From NCBI GenBank assembly GCA_949372655.1, contig CASIAI010000003.1:44009-108008 (forward strand): 64,000 bases of DNA, read 5' to 3'. The DNA is from Candidatus Poseidoniaceae archaeon. GTDB lineage: Archaea; Thermoplasmatota; Poseidoniia; Poseidoniales; Poseidoniaceae. This document shows, in pieces, positions 28,435 through 38,200 of this stretch. Within the stretch, counting starts at the first letter, position 1; every line of letters starts with the position of its first letter. Under the pieces are notes generated by a model, which saw nothing but the letters and a program-made list of their open reading frames with translations, did no database searches and was not told the origin of the DNA. The position numbers were made by a program, and so were the translations under genes.

Positions 28435-29103
28435 ATGCGGGTTGCTATATTGTCATCTGGAGGAAAAGATTCCTCCGCAGCATGGTGGTGGGCAATGTGT
28501 AAAGGATGGGATATAGATTATTTAGTTACAGTCATTATCACAGGAGAAGATTCTTGGATGTTTCAAATACCTGGTACTAAAATCGTCGAAAAGCAGGCAA
28601 ATTTGGCGGGCTTGGAATGGATTAGTGTTGATAGTGAAGGTATCCAAGAGGAAGAAATCTTAGATTTAGAAGAGAAATTAAGAGATTTAAAAATTGATGG
28701 TCTAGTATCCGGAGCAATACGTTCGGATTATCAAAAGTCACGAATCGAGCGAATGTGTGATAGATTGAATATCAAAAGTTGGACTCCATTGTGGCATCAA
28801 AGTAGCCTTGGGCACATGCGTGGTTTAGTATCCAATGGATTTGAAGTAATGATCACAAGTGTATCTTGTGAAGGACTTACTGACAAGTGGATTGGACATG
28901 TTTTGACTGAGGATTCGTTAAAGGAAATGGAAGAATTATCTCAAAAATATCGATTCAATGTTGATGGCGAGGGTGGAGAATACGAAACATTGGTAGTTTC
29001 TGGTCCACACTTTGATGGACATCTTGATGTGAAGGGCTCTACTTATTGGGATGGTAAAAGAGGCGAATTAAAAATTGAGTCTGTAACTGAAATCAAGAAT
29101 TAA
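28435..29103 (+). CDS. PP-loop ATP pyrophosphatase of the MJ0570/Dph6 family (diphthine-ammonia ligase-like)
   Basis: MRVAILSSGGKDSS PP-loop. 222 aa with an EGGEYET motif. Confidence 0.55.
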   Translation: MRVAILSSGGKDSSAAWWWAMCKGWDIDYLVTVIITGEDSWMFQIPGTKIVEKQANLAGLEWISVDSEGIQEEEILDLEEKLRDLKIDGLVSGAIRSDYQKSRIERMCDRLNIKSWTPLWHQSSLGHMRGLVSNGFEVMITSVSCEGLTDKWIGHVLTEDSLKEMEELSQKYRFNVDGEGGEYETLVVSGPHFDGHLDVKGSTYWDGKRGELKIESVTEIKN

Positions 29104-30445
29104 TAGCTTCTCTTGCCAATTTCACACACTCATCCACGATTTCACCAGAGTCACCAAGATGATTTACTGGGTCAAACATTGCTTCTAATTCTTCGATACT
29201 AAATGCAGCAGATATTTCTGGTGTCCTAGAGCATACATCGATTAATTCAATTTTCTTATCAACAGCCTCAAATGATGCTGAACGAAGAATTTCATGGGCT
29301 TCATCACGAGCAATACCATGTTCTACAAGTTCAATCATCACTTTTTCTGCCATAACGAGTCCTCTTTGAGATAGTATATTTTCCATACACCTTTCAGCAT
29401 CCACCCACATATTTGTCAAAACATCTCTGGTTTTTGCGATGACGTCTTCGCATAGCGCTGAGCCATGAGATAGAGTAAACCTCTCACTACTTGAATTAGC
29501 TAAATCTCTTTCATGCCATAGTAAGGCATTCTCATAGGTTGGAATGATCATAGAGCGAACAATTCGGGCTAGACCTGATGCGTTTTCAGATTTAATCGGA
29601 TTCTTTTTATGGGCCATAGTTGAAGATCCCACTTGCTTTTTAATATCGAATCCTTCTCCAGCTTCTTGGATTTCTGAACGTTGAAGATTTCTTACTTCCT
29701 GTAATATTTTTTCACAGGTAGTAGCGATATTAGCAAGCCATGAAACATATTCGATATATCTGTCACGACCGACTACTTGTGTAGTGGCAAGTGGTACTCC
29801 AAGACCCAAGTGTGTCATAATCAAACGTTGTAGTTCTCTAGCCTTTTCACCTTGAGCAGCACCTGTACCTACTGCACCTAGGAATTTCCCGACAGAGATC
29901 CTAGGTGATGCTTCATCGAGTCTGATAAGTTGTCTTCTTAGTTCATCTAACCAAACAGCGGCTTTCAATCCAAATGTGATAGGAACAGCTGCTTGACCAT
30001 GTGTTCTTCCTAACATCACTGTATCTCTTTCCCTTTCAGCAACATCGGCACAAACCTTGATCAATAAGCATAATTGTTCTCTAAGAAGAACTATGCTATC
30101 TCGTAATTGCAAAGCGACAGCAGTATCTACAATATCATTGGAAGTTGCCCCTAAATGAATACACCAACCAGCATCACCTGCTGCTTCGGCCATTGCCTTG
30201 GTGAGTGCCATGATATCATGCTTAGTTTCAGCCTCAATCTCTGAAACTCTTTCCTTGGTAACTGATTTCGGATTTGCGATTGCAGCTACAGCTTCGTAAT
30301 CTTCTTGCGAAACCTTTCCAAGTTGGAGGTGAGCCCAAATCAAAGCCCTTTCCACTTCTAATTGTCTTTCATGTCTTCCAAGTTCAGACCAAATATGTTT
30401 GAACTCTTGGCATCCGTATCGATAGTCTAATGGGCAAAAGGCCAT
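29093..30445 (-). CDS. purB: Adenylosuccinate lyase
   Basis: Fumarate-lyase signature GSSTMAHKKNP. 450 aa. Confidence 0.8.
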   Translation of the reverse strand: MAFCPLDYRYGCQEFKHIWSELGRHERQLEVERALIWAHLQLGKVSQEDYEAVAAIANPKSVTKERVSEIEAETKHDIMALTKAMAEAAGDAGWCIHLGATSNDIVDTAVALQLRDSIVLLREQLCLLIKVCADVAERERDTVMLGRTHGQAAVPITFGLKAAVWLDELRRQLIRLDEASPRISVGKFLGAVGTGAAQGEKARELQRLIMTHLGLGVPLATTQVVGRDRYIEYVSWLANIATTCEKILQEVRNLQRSEIQEAGEGFDIKKQVGSSTMAHKKNPIKSENASGLARIVRSMIIPTYENALLWHERDLANSSSERFTLSHGSALCEDVIAKTRDVLTNMWVDAERCMENILSQRGLVMAEKVMIELVEHGIARDEAHEILRSASFEAVDKKIELIDVCSRTPEISAAFSIEELEAMFDPVNHLGDSGEIVDECVKLAREAINS

Positions 30446-30552
30446 GATTAATGGTCTTGAAAGAGACTCTTGAACCTTCCTACATTGTTTGGTGAATCAA
30501 AAATATTTTTTTAGATTCGAATAATCAATGTGTACTAGGAAATATACATCTC

Positions 30553-31047
30553 TTGGAAAAATCTTGGGCGACAATAATAACCTCTTTAGATTCAAGTGAT
30601 TTTATGGCAGAAGGTTCAGTTAATGTAGAGAGCCGTACTTCATCTCAAGATAAGAGATGGACAATAATGGCAGCATTACTTGGTACTAACACTGCTGTGA
30701 TGCTTTTCCAAGGGATCCAGCAGGAGTCTAATCCTACTGAGATTAGAGAATTTGCACTGGCGATAATCGCAGCAACATTACCATTTCAAGGAATATATTT
30801 CTTGATTTACACTTTCGTTATGGAACATGAACCCAAATTAACTGAAGAGATGAAGGATAGGCTACAGAAAGCATCCGCAGTATGCCAATTAGTTGCTTAT
30901 ATCTCACTAGTCGGTGTTGGAATGATGTGGTATAACATATCCACATATGTTGGTCTATTCTTCGTTATTTCAACTGTATTTGCGATTATCTTCATTAGAC
31001 TCGCGATGAGTCCTTACAGGATTTCTGAGTCTGAAAATTCAGATTAG
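30553..31047 (+). CDS. Hypothetical membrane protein (4 TM)
   Basis: Hydrophobic ORF only. Confidence 0.3.
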   Translation: MEKSWATIITSLDSSDFMAEGSVNVESRTSSQDKRWTIMAALLGTNTAVMLFQGIQQESNPTEIREFALAIIAATLPFQGIYFLIYTFVMEHEPKLTEEMKDRLQKASAVCQLVAYISLVGVGMMWYNISTYVGLFFVISTVFAIIFIRLAMSPYRISESENSD

Positions 31048-31379
31048 AATCCTAGGATTCCTCCAAAAAAGTCTCCAACCCAATCCAATACAGGTGGTAA
31101 TATTTTAATCATTATTCCTGTGATTGTAGCGAAAATAAGTAATAAAACCATCATAGCGACAGGCCCATATTGATTCTTATCATCCATAGCAGTTCCAAAA
31201 AACCCATCACGTTTTATTGCATTAGCAAAACTCGTAGCTTCTTCAAATTGAGGGGCACTACGTCTGGGGATTCGTTCACCTTTTCGAATCACAACATCAT
31301 TAGTCCCGGAGTCGCCCGACTCGTTCTTAGCGCCTGCCATGAAACCTCCTGTGGTTGAAAGGTCAAGAGCATTTCCCAT
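31044..31379 (-). CDS. Hypothetical protein with a C-terminal TM anchor
   Basis: ORF. Its stop overlaps the previous gene's stop region. C-terminal hydrophobic helix. Confidence 0.3.
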   Translation of the reverse strand: MGNALDLSTTGGFMAGAKNESGDSGTNDVVIRKGERIPRRSAPQFEEATSFANAIKRDGFFGTAMDDKNQYGPVAMMVLLLIFATITGIMIKILPPVLDWVGDFFGGILGF

Positions 31380-31420
31380 TTATCCGCAACTGTCATTCAC
31401 TTGTTGCATGTCGGAGATTC

Positions 31421-32014
31421 ATGGGGAGATGGAAATTTCAACCTGAGAATAATCTCATCCATTTGGCTGTTGAGGGTAGTGTAGGAGGTACTACACTTGG
31501 ACTACATTTAGCAGCAAACACAATTGAAGAAGGTGGACGAGTGTTATGGGTTGGTGAAGAAATGCCAGATAATCAAAGGTTTTCTCAGTTATTCAAACAT
31601 TTGTCTTTAATCGATGCATCACGTTTCCATGCCATGTCTTTTTCCAGTTCTTTTGACAAGGCGGTAGACGCGATTATCAGAGCTCTGAACTCCCTACCTT
31701 CAGTGAAATTGATTGTTTTAGATGACTGGTGTTCTAATTCTGGTAAAATCCCAGTAAATTTGATTAAGGAACTTGCTCGTTTATCGAAAAATGTCAGCTC
31801 AGATATACAATTATTGCTAATTAGTAAATCAACTATTGATGCTAGCGGTAAGAAAGTCGGTTCAGTATTTGCAAGAGCAGAGAAAGCAATGTCGGAACAT
31901 GGTTTTTCGATTTACTTACTGACCCGTCCAAAGGATGGCCCTAACCGAATGATTAGTTGTAATGACAATGAATTCAACTTGAAACTGACTGAAACTGGCT
32001 TTATTGATCTCTAA
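31421..32014 (+). CDS. KaiC/RadA-like RecA-superfamily ATPase with a degenerate Walker A (GSVGGTTLG, no Lys)
   Basis: LAVEGSVGGTTLGLHLAANTIEEGGRVLWVGEE, then the hydrophobic strand KLIVLDD (Walker B-like), then C-terminal LKLTETGFIDL, as in KaiC-like ATPases. The ORF is open from 31355. A start at 31421 avoids overlap with the upstream gene. Confidence 0.4.
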   Translation: MGRWKFQPENNLIHLAVEGSVGGTTLGLHLAANTIEEGGRVLWVGEEMPDNQRFSQLFKHLSLIDASRFHAMSFSSSFDKAVDAIIRALNSLPSVKLIVLDDWCSNSGKIPVNLIKELARLSKNVSSDIQLLLISKSTIDASGKKVGSVFARAEKAMSEHGFSIYLLTRPKDGPNRMISCNDNEFNLKLTETGFIDL

Positions 32015-32260
32015 TCAGTCTTCATCTTCGCCTAGAAGTTCAGCCATTTCATCCAATGCATCATCGTCTGGTTCATCGAACTGTTCTGGATTCAGAGCGG
32101 AACCTGGTCTTTCATCACTTCCAGCTATATTTGGTTCACTACCTTCCAAGCTATCATCACGATTCTGTTTGGCTTGTTTGAGAATAAACCACATCATTAC
32201 CAGAAATGAAATACCCAGTATGATATAGGCTACGTTCTTCGTAGTTTGTTCATCCGCCAT
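32015..32260 (-). CDS. Small membrane-anchored protein with an acidic C-terminal tail
   Basis: N-terminal TM plus DEPDDDALDEMAELLGEDED. Confidence 0.3.
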   Translation of the reverse strand: MADEQTTKNVAYIILGISFLVMMWFILKQAKQNRDDSLEGSEPNIAGSDERPGSALNPEQFDEPDDDALDEMAELLGEDED

Positions 32261-32331
32261 GATGTTAATTCAAAGGTATATGATATGATTATTTCGTATT
32301 CAAATAAGATAATAATCACAAATCTAACACT

Positions 32332-33522
32332 TTAGTTCCACTCGAGAGGCTTGGTTAAGTGCCTTCTCGAATTCAATGGTGCTTGAACCCAATTTGTTGT
32401 TGGTGCCTCTCTAGTGATTTCATTCCATTTCAATTCAGACTTGTCTCTACATTTCGGACATCTTACCGGCTGGTTTTGACCCATTGATTTCATTTTCACA
32501 TTACATTTTTGACAGAGTGGTCGTACCTTTTTATTTACTGTTGAATCTATGCGCAATCTCTCCAAATGAATCGCCCCATCATGATTAATTAAGCCATTAA
32601 AACTAATTCTATCACCACTTTCCAGCCATTGTGCTAGTTTTTTGATATCTCCTGATTCTGAAAATGCTAGTAGTTTATGTTCTTGACAATTGATTACAAC
32701 CGTTCCTCTAGATAGTATATCGGTATCTTTCACGATATCTGATAAATTTTCCTCAAGGTGGTCATCACTCGCTTGATTAGTAGTAAAGATACGCATCCCT
32801 GAATTATCTTCGGTATTTCTAGAGTCCAAAAGATATTGTGCGGCATTCTTAGCAACTTGATATTTCCTTGCTCTAATTCCAAACAGAACAGGGCAAGGCC
32901 CCCTTGGAGCAATCATACTATTTCCTGTTCTTGGGTCTCTTGACATGAAGGTATATTCCATTTCATCGATATCTTGTAATCTTTGGACATCAATTTCCCT
33001 TGCTTTCTCAATTCCAGTATTGGTTTCAGTTCTCCATCCAATGGCTTCATAAGTCACCATTTTTTTATCCCAAGCGATCGCCGCAGTTGCACCAATTTTT
33101 CCTTGGCCACCCCATGACTTTTCTGCTAAAGGAATATCTTCTATATTTACTTCTTTTCTTGCAGTATTGTAATAGAACTCTGCAGATGGTAGGCTTCTAG
33201 AAAACCAAATCATACCTGGGTCTGCTGGAAATTGCTGTCTGTCATAGTTTTCCGAAGAAGAGATTTCTCCAGCTAAAGGTAAAATATTATCTTTCCACCA
33301 TGTATCGAGGTGGTTCAATAATTTCTTTTCATCAGTACAGATTAGTTCGACTGCTACCGAAGCATTACCCCTGGTTCTTTGTTTCGCAAAAGGCCAAAGC
33401 CTCACCAGTCTTAGTTCTCCAACTTCAATATTTTTAGGAAGGCCTTTGATTAGGATATCCAGAGTTTTTGTTGTACAACCTCCACCCAAGTGGTCGGTAT
33501 CATCTAATCCTAACCACCCCAT
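32332..33522 (-). CDS. tiaS: tRNA(Ile2) 2-agmatinylcytidine synthetase TiaS
   Basis: WLGLDDTDHLGGGCTTK matches the TiaS/DUF1743 GIDDTDS-x-x-GMCTTY signature. C-terminal zinc ribbon CQKC...CPKC. The ORF is open from 33567. Confidence 0.65.
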   Translation of the reverse strand: MGWLGLDDTDHLGGGCTTKTLDILIKGLPKNIEVGELRLVRLWPFAKQRTRGNASVAVELICTDEKKLLNHLDTWWKDNILPLAGEISSSENYDRQQFPADPGMIWFSRSLPSAEFYYNTARKEVNIEDIPLAEKSWGGQGKIGATAAIAWDKKMVTYEAIGWRTETNTGIEKAREIDVQRLQDIDEMEYTFMSRDPRTGNSMIAPRGPCPVLFGIRARKYQVAKNAAQYLLDSRNTEDNSGMRIFTTNQASDDHLEENLSDIVKDTDILSRGTVVINCQEHKLLAFSESGDIKKLAQWLESGDRISFNGLINHDGAIHLERLRIDSTVNKKVRPLCQKCNVKMKSMGQNQPVRCPKCRDKSELKWNEITREAPTTNWVQAPLNSRRHLTKPLEWN

Positions 33523-33526
33523 ATTC

Positions 33527-34201
33527 TCACCTAATCGGATTAAAATCATCGCCTTGATCATTTTCATCTATTATTCTATGGGATACTGAACTGATTCCAA
33601 TTGATTCTGGTACTTTGAATAATCGGGCGCCTACAGCCCACCCTGCACCCATGTCACTATTTCTATCCCCGACTAATAAATCGAGTTCATGCTTTGGTTG
33701 AACCTTATCTTTCCACCAATTAACTGGCTTATAATTTGAATCTAATCCCATAATTTCTTGTTTCGAGTTAGGAATAAATTCTTCTCGGCCACGTAATATT
33801 CTATCTGCAAGGTTTAACATTCCAGGATTTGGCTTACGGCAATTACAGTTATCTCTATGTCTGTGAGGACAGGTAACAATCATATCGAAGTGAGCATCAC
33901 TATCCATTTGTAAAAACATTTGACGTAATCTTTGATGAATCAAATAAAGTTGATTCTCGTCCCATAAACCACGCATTATCGGAGATTGATTTGTCACAAT
34001 ACAGACCTGAAAGCCTGATCTTTTCAAATTACCAACGGCTTCAGGCGCACCCTCGAGTATTATCAAATCTTCAGGTTTATTGATGTATGACGAACTTCCA
34101 ATGTTCAGTACACCATCTCTATCAATGAATGCTATAGCACCATTGCCGGCAATTCCTTCAGGAAAAACCCCGGGACTATATTCAACAACAGGTCCCCGCA
34201 T
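33527..34201 (-). CDS. HAD-IIIA phosphatase, GmhB (D,D-heptose-1,7-bisphosphate phosphatase)-like
   Basis: AFIDRDGVLN is HAD motif I. The C-x-H-x(n)-C-x-C zinc motif CPHRHRDNCNCRKPNPGM is characteristic of GmhB/HisB-N phosphatases. Confidence 0.6.
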   Translation of the reverse strand: MRGPVVEYSPGVFPEGIAGNGAIAFIDRDGVLNIGSSSYINKPEDLIILEGAPEAVGNLKRSGFQVCIVTNQSPIMRGLWDENQLYLIHQRLRQMFLQMDSDAHFDMIVTCPHRHRDNCNCRKPNPGMLNLADRILRGREEFIPNSKQEIMGLDSNYKPVNWWKDKVQPKHELDLLVGDRNSDMGAGWAVGARLFKVPESIGISSVSHRIIDENDQGDDFNPIR

Positions 34202-34271
34202 GTAACGGCCAGTGTTAGATTATTGAAGTGATTTGTCCTTGTAGATACAAGCGTTCAAGTCAAGTTAATAT

Positions 34272-35201
34272 TTGCACACATATATGGAGCAACAGTCTAT
34301 TATCGCCATAATTGGTGCTATTGGATTAGTTATGTTGGCATTATCGTGGCATTACAGGAAGTCAAAAAATCCACTTTTAGCACAAATCGGCTGGATTTTG
34401 GTATCCTTGTATTTCTTTGCTGGTTCTTGGAAATACTTTTCTCATCAAGATTATATTCTAACCGTTATGTGTATGCTTGCTTTACCATTGGGAATTGGAA
34501 TGTCGATTTGGGAAGGTAGAGTACAAGACGGTAAGACCAGAGATGCTTTGATTTGGTCTAGAGGTGCTATGGCATATGCTGGAGGACCCTATCTACTCAT
34601 TGCTCATGTACCTTGGCTTAGTGTTCTAGCGATATGGTTTGTCGCCTCTCAAGTAGCTCTATTTTACAGAATTTCCGGAACCGGTGATATTCACTTAGGA
34701 GAAACATGGGTTCAAACTGAATCTGGAAGAGTTAATTGGGATTCATGGGATGGAAGTAGATGGTTTAGTACAGAAACATTCGGAGAGTTTCCTTACCAAA
34801 CAGAATTGGTTACTGGAGATGGTTCATTGATTGGAATAAACTTCGTTCTTGCATGTACTGCATTACAATCAATGGTAATTTTTATCGGGGCGATATCGGT
34901 ATTAGACTTGGACTGGCGCCGTAGAATTAGAGCACTTATTTTCACAGTTCCTGTAATTCACATATTGAATATTTTTCGAAATGTCGGACTGATCTGGATG
35001 CATCAAACATATACATCTTGGAGTTATTTTGGGATGTCAGTATTCGAATTTGGACATAACTATGCATCGAGGTTCGTATCACTATTTGCGATGTTCTTTA
35101 TGGCACTAATAATGTTTGAAATTCTTCCCGAGTTACATAGGCATATAGTTAGGCTTCTCAAGCCACTTAGACTTTTACAACCCAAAGGTAAGAAGACTTA
35201 G
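34272..35201 (+). CDS. Exosortase/archaeosortase-family polytopic membrane protein
   Basis: 309 aa and 7 to 8 TM. The candidate catalytic Cys (LACTALQS) and Arg (NIFRNVG) are 41 residues apart. This matches the Cys-to-Arg spacing recalled for characterised archaeosortase A, with a second Arg further downstream. Confidence 0.5.
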   Translation: MHTYMEQQSIIAIIGAIGLVMLALSWHYRKSKNPLLAQIGWILVSLYFFAGSWKYFSHQDYILTVMCMLALPLGIGMSIWEGRVQDGKTRDALIWSRGAMAYAGGPYLLIAHVPWLSVLAIWFVASQVALFYRISGTGDIHLGETWVQTESGRVNWDSWDGSRWFSTETFGEFPYQTELVTGDGSLIGINFVLACTALQSMVIFIGAISVLDLDWRRRIRALIFTVPVIHILNIFRNVGLIWMHQTYTSWSYFGMSVFEFGHNYASRFVSLFAMFFMALIMFEILPELHRHIVRLLKPLRLLQPKGKKT

Positions 35202-38200
35202 TTAGTACTTAGTCCATTCATCTGTAGGATTACTTCGTGTCCATTTGACACCACTATTGATTGGATACTCGATAGATTCATTTCCATCCATTCCAATCAT
35301 TCCCATAATTTGTTTTGGTGGAGCATCAATATTTATTTCAGCATTTAATAAATCTTCAAATGAAGTCATCTGTACCTGTTGTTGATTAACCATTTCAGGC
35401 ATGCTTATCTCTTGACTTTGTGGTTGTATAACGGAAACAGGTGCCTGTTCCATAGTGCTCGTTGTAGATTGATAAATTGGATTATTTGACTCAATGTCTT
35501 GACTGACTGGCTGAGGTAGTTCAGGTTCTTGCATTCCAAGCATAGTCTCAGAGAAATCGAAATTCTTATCATTTTCCCATTCATTAGATTTCAAGTTGCT
35601 TCTATTACCTCTAGCAAAAACAAATAGTAACCCAAGTAGTCCTATGAACACCACTGCTCCAACAGAGTATATCACATCATTAGCAACACTAGGTGCAATA
35701 TCAGCGTTATCACCTACGCCATCACCATCAGTATCTTTTGATTCATCAGGGTTATTAGGGAATTCATCTTCTGAATCAGGTACTCCATCTCCGTCACCGT
35801 CAAATGCATCAAACTCAGTATCGCAGATTAGGGCAGTTACTTCGACTTCAGTCTGTGATATTCTTTGGTCAGAGTTAGTATCCATTCCTAAGAAATTATA
35901 ATTATTCTCATAGATTTGTGAACTTAGTAACTCAATTGATACAGGACCGTTACCACTTGACAACTGATCGAAAACTATCCAAAGTTCATTACCACAGCTA
36001 CAAGTTTCTTGTAATAATTCATTAAATTCTATTTCTCCATCAGAATTTAAGTCAACAGAGACAAATTCATAATTATCTATTTCCAAATCCGAATTATTGA
36101 ATTCATTTCCATCTATAATTCCATTTGAATCAGTATCTGTTTCTTTCATAATTATGTTTGCAACATCTCTACAAGATTCTTCAACTGATGGTTCTTCAAT
36201 AGGTTCATTATCAATTGGCTCAAGGAAATCAGAGTATACCCAATTGGCAACTATTGTGACATCTGAAATATCTGTTAAAGCATCCAAAACTATGTCAATT
36301 CGACCGTTGGCTGGTAAATCTATGTATACACTTTGAGAGGTACCTTCACCGGAAGATTTGATTTCAAAATCTTCGCTACTGGTATCGGGTACACTAGGTC
36401 GTTGTCTTCCCATATCGTCTTGATCTAATTCAAAATCAAAGAAGCCATCGAATCCAAATAATATTCGCTTACCTTCTACATTTAGAGATAGTTCACCATT
36501 TCCGCCATAAGTAGAGATTTCAAGATATTCTCCAGGCTTTTCCAAATTCAGGAAGAAGAATAAGTTCTCACCTTCTGGTGCTTCAATTCCAATTATTTCT
36601 TCACCGTTGAACATTTCAATAGGTGTTCCATCATATGACCACACATATCGGTCCTCGAATGAAGCAGTAATCATGACTGAACCAAATACTTGTTCTGTTT
36701 CTAATAGTATGTACCACATTCCCGGAGTAGGGTCATTGAAACCGATTTTATCACCAGCCCCAGGGCTAGAAGAAAGATGGGTAAAATCCGATGAGGTTGG
36801 AGCTTGTTCAATTTTCATAAACATTGATGCTTCTCCAAATCCTTTGGATAGGTCTACTTCCAGTCTTTCAGTTCCTGTTGGCACGTCAATTTTGAAGAAT
36901 TGCATCAATCCATCATATCCGCTAAGGGGTCCATACTCAATACCAGGCAAGAGTTCTATTGCATCTTCTGGTTCGATATTTTCAGGCTGGTAAGTGAGTT
37001 GTGAAACTATTGTAAAATCTATAGCATTTTGATAGGTATATGCAGCGACATAGTAAATACCAGGCTGGACGTCATACAGAGTCACAACTTGTTCATTACC
37101 TTGGCCACCATCCCATGCTACTTTTTCAACCATTTCACTTTGCTCTGTTGAACCTTCATCCTCGAATATTCCGGGGAAGAATCCAAAGTTATCAAATGGG
37201 TCGGGAACAGTTCCCCAAGAAATACCTAAGTCGATATTTCCAGTACCGCCATATGTCTTAACAGTAAGTGATGATAGGTTTTCTTTAACATCAACATAAT
37301 AGTAAAGTATTTTTTCTTCAAGAGGTTTTTGCCTACCGCCAGTTATTTTCTGATCTGTCACCGGTATAGAATTGAATAGTTCAGTCATATCCTCAAGAGG
37401 TGGAGGCGGGTCTGCGACCTCCCAATCTAGGAAGATTGTCAGAGATGTTACTTCGGCCAAAGGCACTACTACGAACCACCATGTCCCTGTATCGGGCCAT
37501 TGCCACTCTTCAAAAATAAAGCCCCAATCAGTTTCCAGTTTGGCGTCATAAGTCCAAGAATTAGGGATATATTCATGTCCGACATATATCTCATATTGAC
37601 TAGGATTTTGGTCGAACCAGAAATCTTCAAACTCACTAAATACATTTAGATATGCGACCTTTGTCATTTCATCAACTTCTGCAAAGAATACTAACTGGTC
37701 TCCAGTCATACCTGAAATTCCTGTAACTTCTTCCCCATTGAAAAGTTGTATTGCTTGAGTTACAATACTCCCATCGGGCATAACCCATGAAGCACCGTTG
37801 ATAGTGGCAATACGACTTGAATAGTCTACTGTAACTGAACCTTCACCTTCTTGAAATTGCCAATTAGATTCATTGGCAGCATTTCTGAATACTACATCAT
37901 CAAGCATTCCCATGAAGTAGTTACAATCACACCCTGCACCCATTCTTCCGATGTATAACTCGTCACATTCAAGACCATCTTGGAAGCAACTATTGGACCC
38001 AAAATCTCCTACAGGTATTGTCGCATTATCTGCATCAAATGTTCCTGCAGGAATTCCATCGATGAAAAATTCACCATATGAATTCTCTTCAACAACTACT
38101 TTGACATTAGTCCAATTATTTTCGGTAATGGAAATATTAGATACTGGATTTTTAGACATAGAATATTCGTTTGAATATACGACATATCCGTTGTTTATGT

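Noticed and set aside
28435-29103. Possible functional link between the Dph6-like PP-loop ATPase and psmA/aEF-2 in the window
   Set aside because: The gene is divergently oriented from psmA and 11 kb from fusA. Proximity alone is insufficient, so it is treated as coincidental.
35596-36993. Several 80 to 130 aa plus-strand ORFs inside the giant surface-protein gene
   Set aside because: All lie within a continuous 1236-aa ORF that has a coherent domain architecture. Shadow ORFs.
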